Shown: piece after piece, positions 61,346 to 64,000 of the stretch
How positions within the stretch are numbered: position 1 is the stretch's first letter
How the letters are laid out: each line of letters begins with the position of its first letter
From: Takakia lepidozioides
Lineage: Eukaryota > Plantae > Bryophyta
Assembly: GCA_030704615.1 (NCBI GenBank)
Contig: CM060734.1
Coordinates: 21,390,001 to 21,454,000, forward strand
Reading direction: 5' to 3'
Length of the DNA stretch: 64,000 nt
Notes under the pieces: generated by a model
Database searches by the model: none
The model's input: the letters and a program-made list of their open reading frames with translations, nothing else
What the model was told of the DNA's origin: nothing
Translations under genes and position numbers: made by a program

Positions 61346-63144
61346 CTAGTGTAAGCTCTTTTCTTCCTGCCATGCTGCACTTTCTGGATATTGTTTCCAT
61401 TCTTCTTCAATCTCCTTATCTGGAGGTTTCTGTTTCTTGGCCTGGGTTCGGGTTACCGCAAGGGTATCCACTACAGGGGTTACCACACTCACGGCTACAC
61501 TCGGTCCAGCTTCCATATTTCTCACTTCTGCCTCATGTTTGATTCGCAACTGGCATTCATGTTTCCAGTGCCCCTCTTTCTTGTAGTAGTGGCATCTCGT
61601 GATTTCTTTGTTTCTGGGTTGATGTTCTCTATCCCGTGGTGGATAGTCATCTCGTGGCCTCTGATAACGATTACCCATATTGTATCATCTTGGTCCATCC
61701 GATCGTCCCATCGGATTTGGACTTGGTGTACCCCCACCTCTCGTGCGTACCCACTCTTCTTGGCCCGTTGGTTGTAAAGACAATGGCTGGTATTATGATT
61801 GTTTATATGACAAATATCACAATATTTGTCTTTCATGTGGCATTCCGTTGCCAAGTGTCCTGCAGTCCTGCATTTGTGACACCATGTTGCCTTCCGTGGC
61901 CCTTCATCTTTAAAATTCTTGATAGCCTCTGCTATTTTCTGATCCAAAGTGGTTTTGTCAATCACTTCTTTCTTCTTTTGCTTGGGTTTTTCTTCATCAT
62001 CAGAGTCATCTTCTTCCAAGGGATCCTTGGAATCTTTGCTTCTGCTCTGATGAAATCCCAATTCCAATTTATTTGCAGTTCCTACTGCTTCAGCCAAAGT
62101 GTTGTTAGGCATGACTGTAACCATGGTTATATATTCAGGACAAAGTCCGTTGATGAACCATGATTTTTGCAAATCATCCCCTGGTGCTTGAGGTAGCTTC
62201 TTGATCAGAGTCTTCATTCTCTCCAGGTAGTCGACTACCAGTTCTTTCTTTTTCTGTCTCAGGTTCTGTAATCCTGTGAAGATTTCAGACGTGGATTTGT
62301 TGGATCTATATCTTTCTTGAAACGCGGCTCTCATATCCGCCCAATTTGCAAAGTGATTTGCTGGAAAGGTTGCCAACCATTCAATGCCTTTCCTGGCCAT
62401 TGAACAAGGAAATAATCGGATCTTTTCCTGGTCTGTTGCTTCATTGTAAATGGTGCACATGTTCTCAAATTGATTAAGATGGATATCTGGATCAGATTTC
62501 CCATCATATAAAGGGAACGACGGTCTGGTTTTGCTCGCTGCTAAAGCCATTGGTGCAGCTGGTGCAACTGGTTGTCCAAACTGGGATGGTCCCGCTGCTG
62601 CTGGCTGTGGTGGTGTTGGTGTTTGTCTTCCAAACAGTGATTCAAATCTAGGAGGACTTTGTCTCAATGATAGCCGTCTTCCAGCTGCTGTCCCAACTAA
62701 GCTTAATGAATCTTTAAAAGTTTTGAGTGCAGTTCTGGTTATCCTTTCTAGAGAAGTAGGTTCACTTCTTTCACCTTCTTCACTCAGAATGTTCTCAAAT
62801 CTTTCTTCTAATATTTTAGCAAAGCCTCGATTTGGACTTGTTACTGTAGAAGGTCCTTCAGATCTTTCTTGTGGTAACCATTCATCAAGTGCATTACTGG
62901 CAACTTCTTCTGATGTCCCACTTCCCACCGATCCGATTTCCTGATCTTCTGGTTTATCACTGTCAATTTGTCTTGTTGTCTCACCTTGAATAATATTCAA
63001 GTTCTGTAATTTTGGGAACTCTTCTCTTAACCGAGCCTCCCTTTCTGCAGCATATTTCTCTATTCGTTCAGCTCTGTCTTGCTTAGCTTTTTCTTTAATC
63101 TCCTCATTCATTCCCACATCATATGCAGAATTCATTTTCAGCAC
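61346..63144 (-). pseudogene. gag: Gag with three CCHC-type knuckles
   Basis: YDGKSDPD.HL..F, LF..S....EW, W..M..AF..RY, LRQ...E.V..Y..R, FINGL; CHKC...GH....C, CDIC...NH....C and a degenerate CHYY...GH....C. Confidence 0.9.
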
Positions 63145-64000
63145 CCTTTAATCAGTCTTGGTATGTCAGTAAAGAAAATTTATAGTGGTCTCTACCATTT
63201 CTCCAAGATTTACCCTATCTTGCCAGAATCCGTATTACGACTTAATTTTATTTTTAACTGATTGATCACCAAACTTTTAATGGGCACAATAATACCATCT
63301 GTCTTTCTCAGTATATCTGACTTGCAACAAGTCTTTGGGTATCCAGTACTCCACTGCTTCTATGATCATGTGACAATATTCATAATTTGAACATCCTTCT
63401 CTGAAAATATAACTAGTGTAGCAAACTTTTCTAATTGGGATTAGAGTAATCAATAAAGCTAGACGAGACAACCATTCTTCACTTCTGATTCTACATTCCC
63501 AAGGTGCTCGTGTAAATACTGATCACTCATTCCTTCAATCCCCATTTGTCATCTTCTTTCGTAATTGAAAGAAAGATCTTCTGTTGTATTGTTATTGGTA
63601 AGCCATGAAATTTTTTCAGGAATGTTTTCCATTCTTTTGCTTCTGTCGACTCGTTCTTTTGTGATTTCAAGAAATCACTGAGTAACCATCCTTCCTTGAG
63701 TACACTTGAACTCAACATACTGTTAGTCCCCAGTATGGTCGCCAAATATTAACCGCTAGTTTATGACTTAGGCAAAACAGGCTAACAACATTACTGCCCA
63801 TTTCCTAAGACATGCAACAGAGGTTGTCCGACGGTATGCTTTCAGAAACGATTACGAAGTAATCGTTTTCAGGATAGCTAAGCTATGAACGTCGTATGAA
63901 GCCATATCACTACAGGCTGCTTAATCATATTGATTAAGCCTAATCTATAGTCTATTTGGCATAATAGGCCTTAGTCAAAAGGACTGAAGCCTCTTTGTTC

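Larger units (their letters stand above)
51852..64000 (-). mobile_element. Ty3/Gypsy LTR retrotransposon (non-chromovirus-like) with extra 3' ORFs; 5' LTR runs off the window
   Basis: 3' LTR 51852-53465 and 5' LTR from 63747 (6 differences in 254 aligned bp). PBS TGGCGACCATACTGGG at 63744-63729 (tRNA-Arg-like). PPT AAAAGAGGGGGGGGAATAAA at 53485-53466. Order gag-PR-RT-RH-INT. Confidence 0.95.

Overview
Eukaryotic land-plant DNA, probably from a seed-free lineage (inferred from PLS-type PPR fragments and the TE families). About 80% is nested, decayed transposons. There is one intact host gene (intronless methionine gamma-lyase, 43485-44831) and a WDR82/Swd2 pseudogene (46378-49185). The standout feature is a Ty3/Gypsy LTR retrotransposon (31827 down to 20729 on the minus strand, with its 3' end inverted at 19221-20192). 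Its pol carries a DNMT3-like C5 cytosine methyltransferase between protease and RT, plus a PHD finger at the integrase C-terminus. Its termini are unusual: B...A-B-A, like a circularly permuted 2-LTR circle, with a 4-bp TSD. It has a 14-nt self-priming-type complement in place of a tRNA PBS. It sits inside a solo LTR that itself interrupts a hAT transposase, and a ~1.5 kb inversion cuts through the nest. Also present: a CACTA transposase followed by captured PPR and eIF4A fragments; a 3.2 kb palindromic 64/96-bp array between two divergent TE-like genes; a Harbinger transposase interrupted by a MITE; an internally deleted tRNA-Ala-primed LTR element; and a second Ty3/Gypsy (51852 to beyond the window) with ~3 kb of extra ORFs after integrase. 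All domain calls are by eye from motif knowledge; no searches were run.
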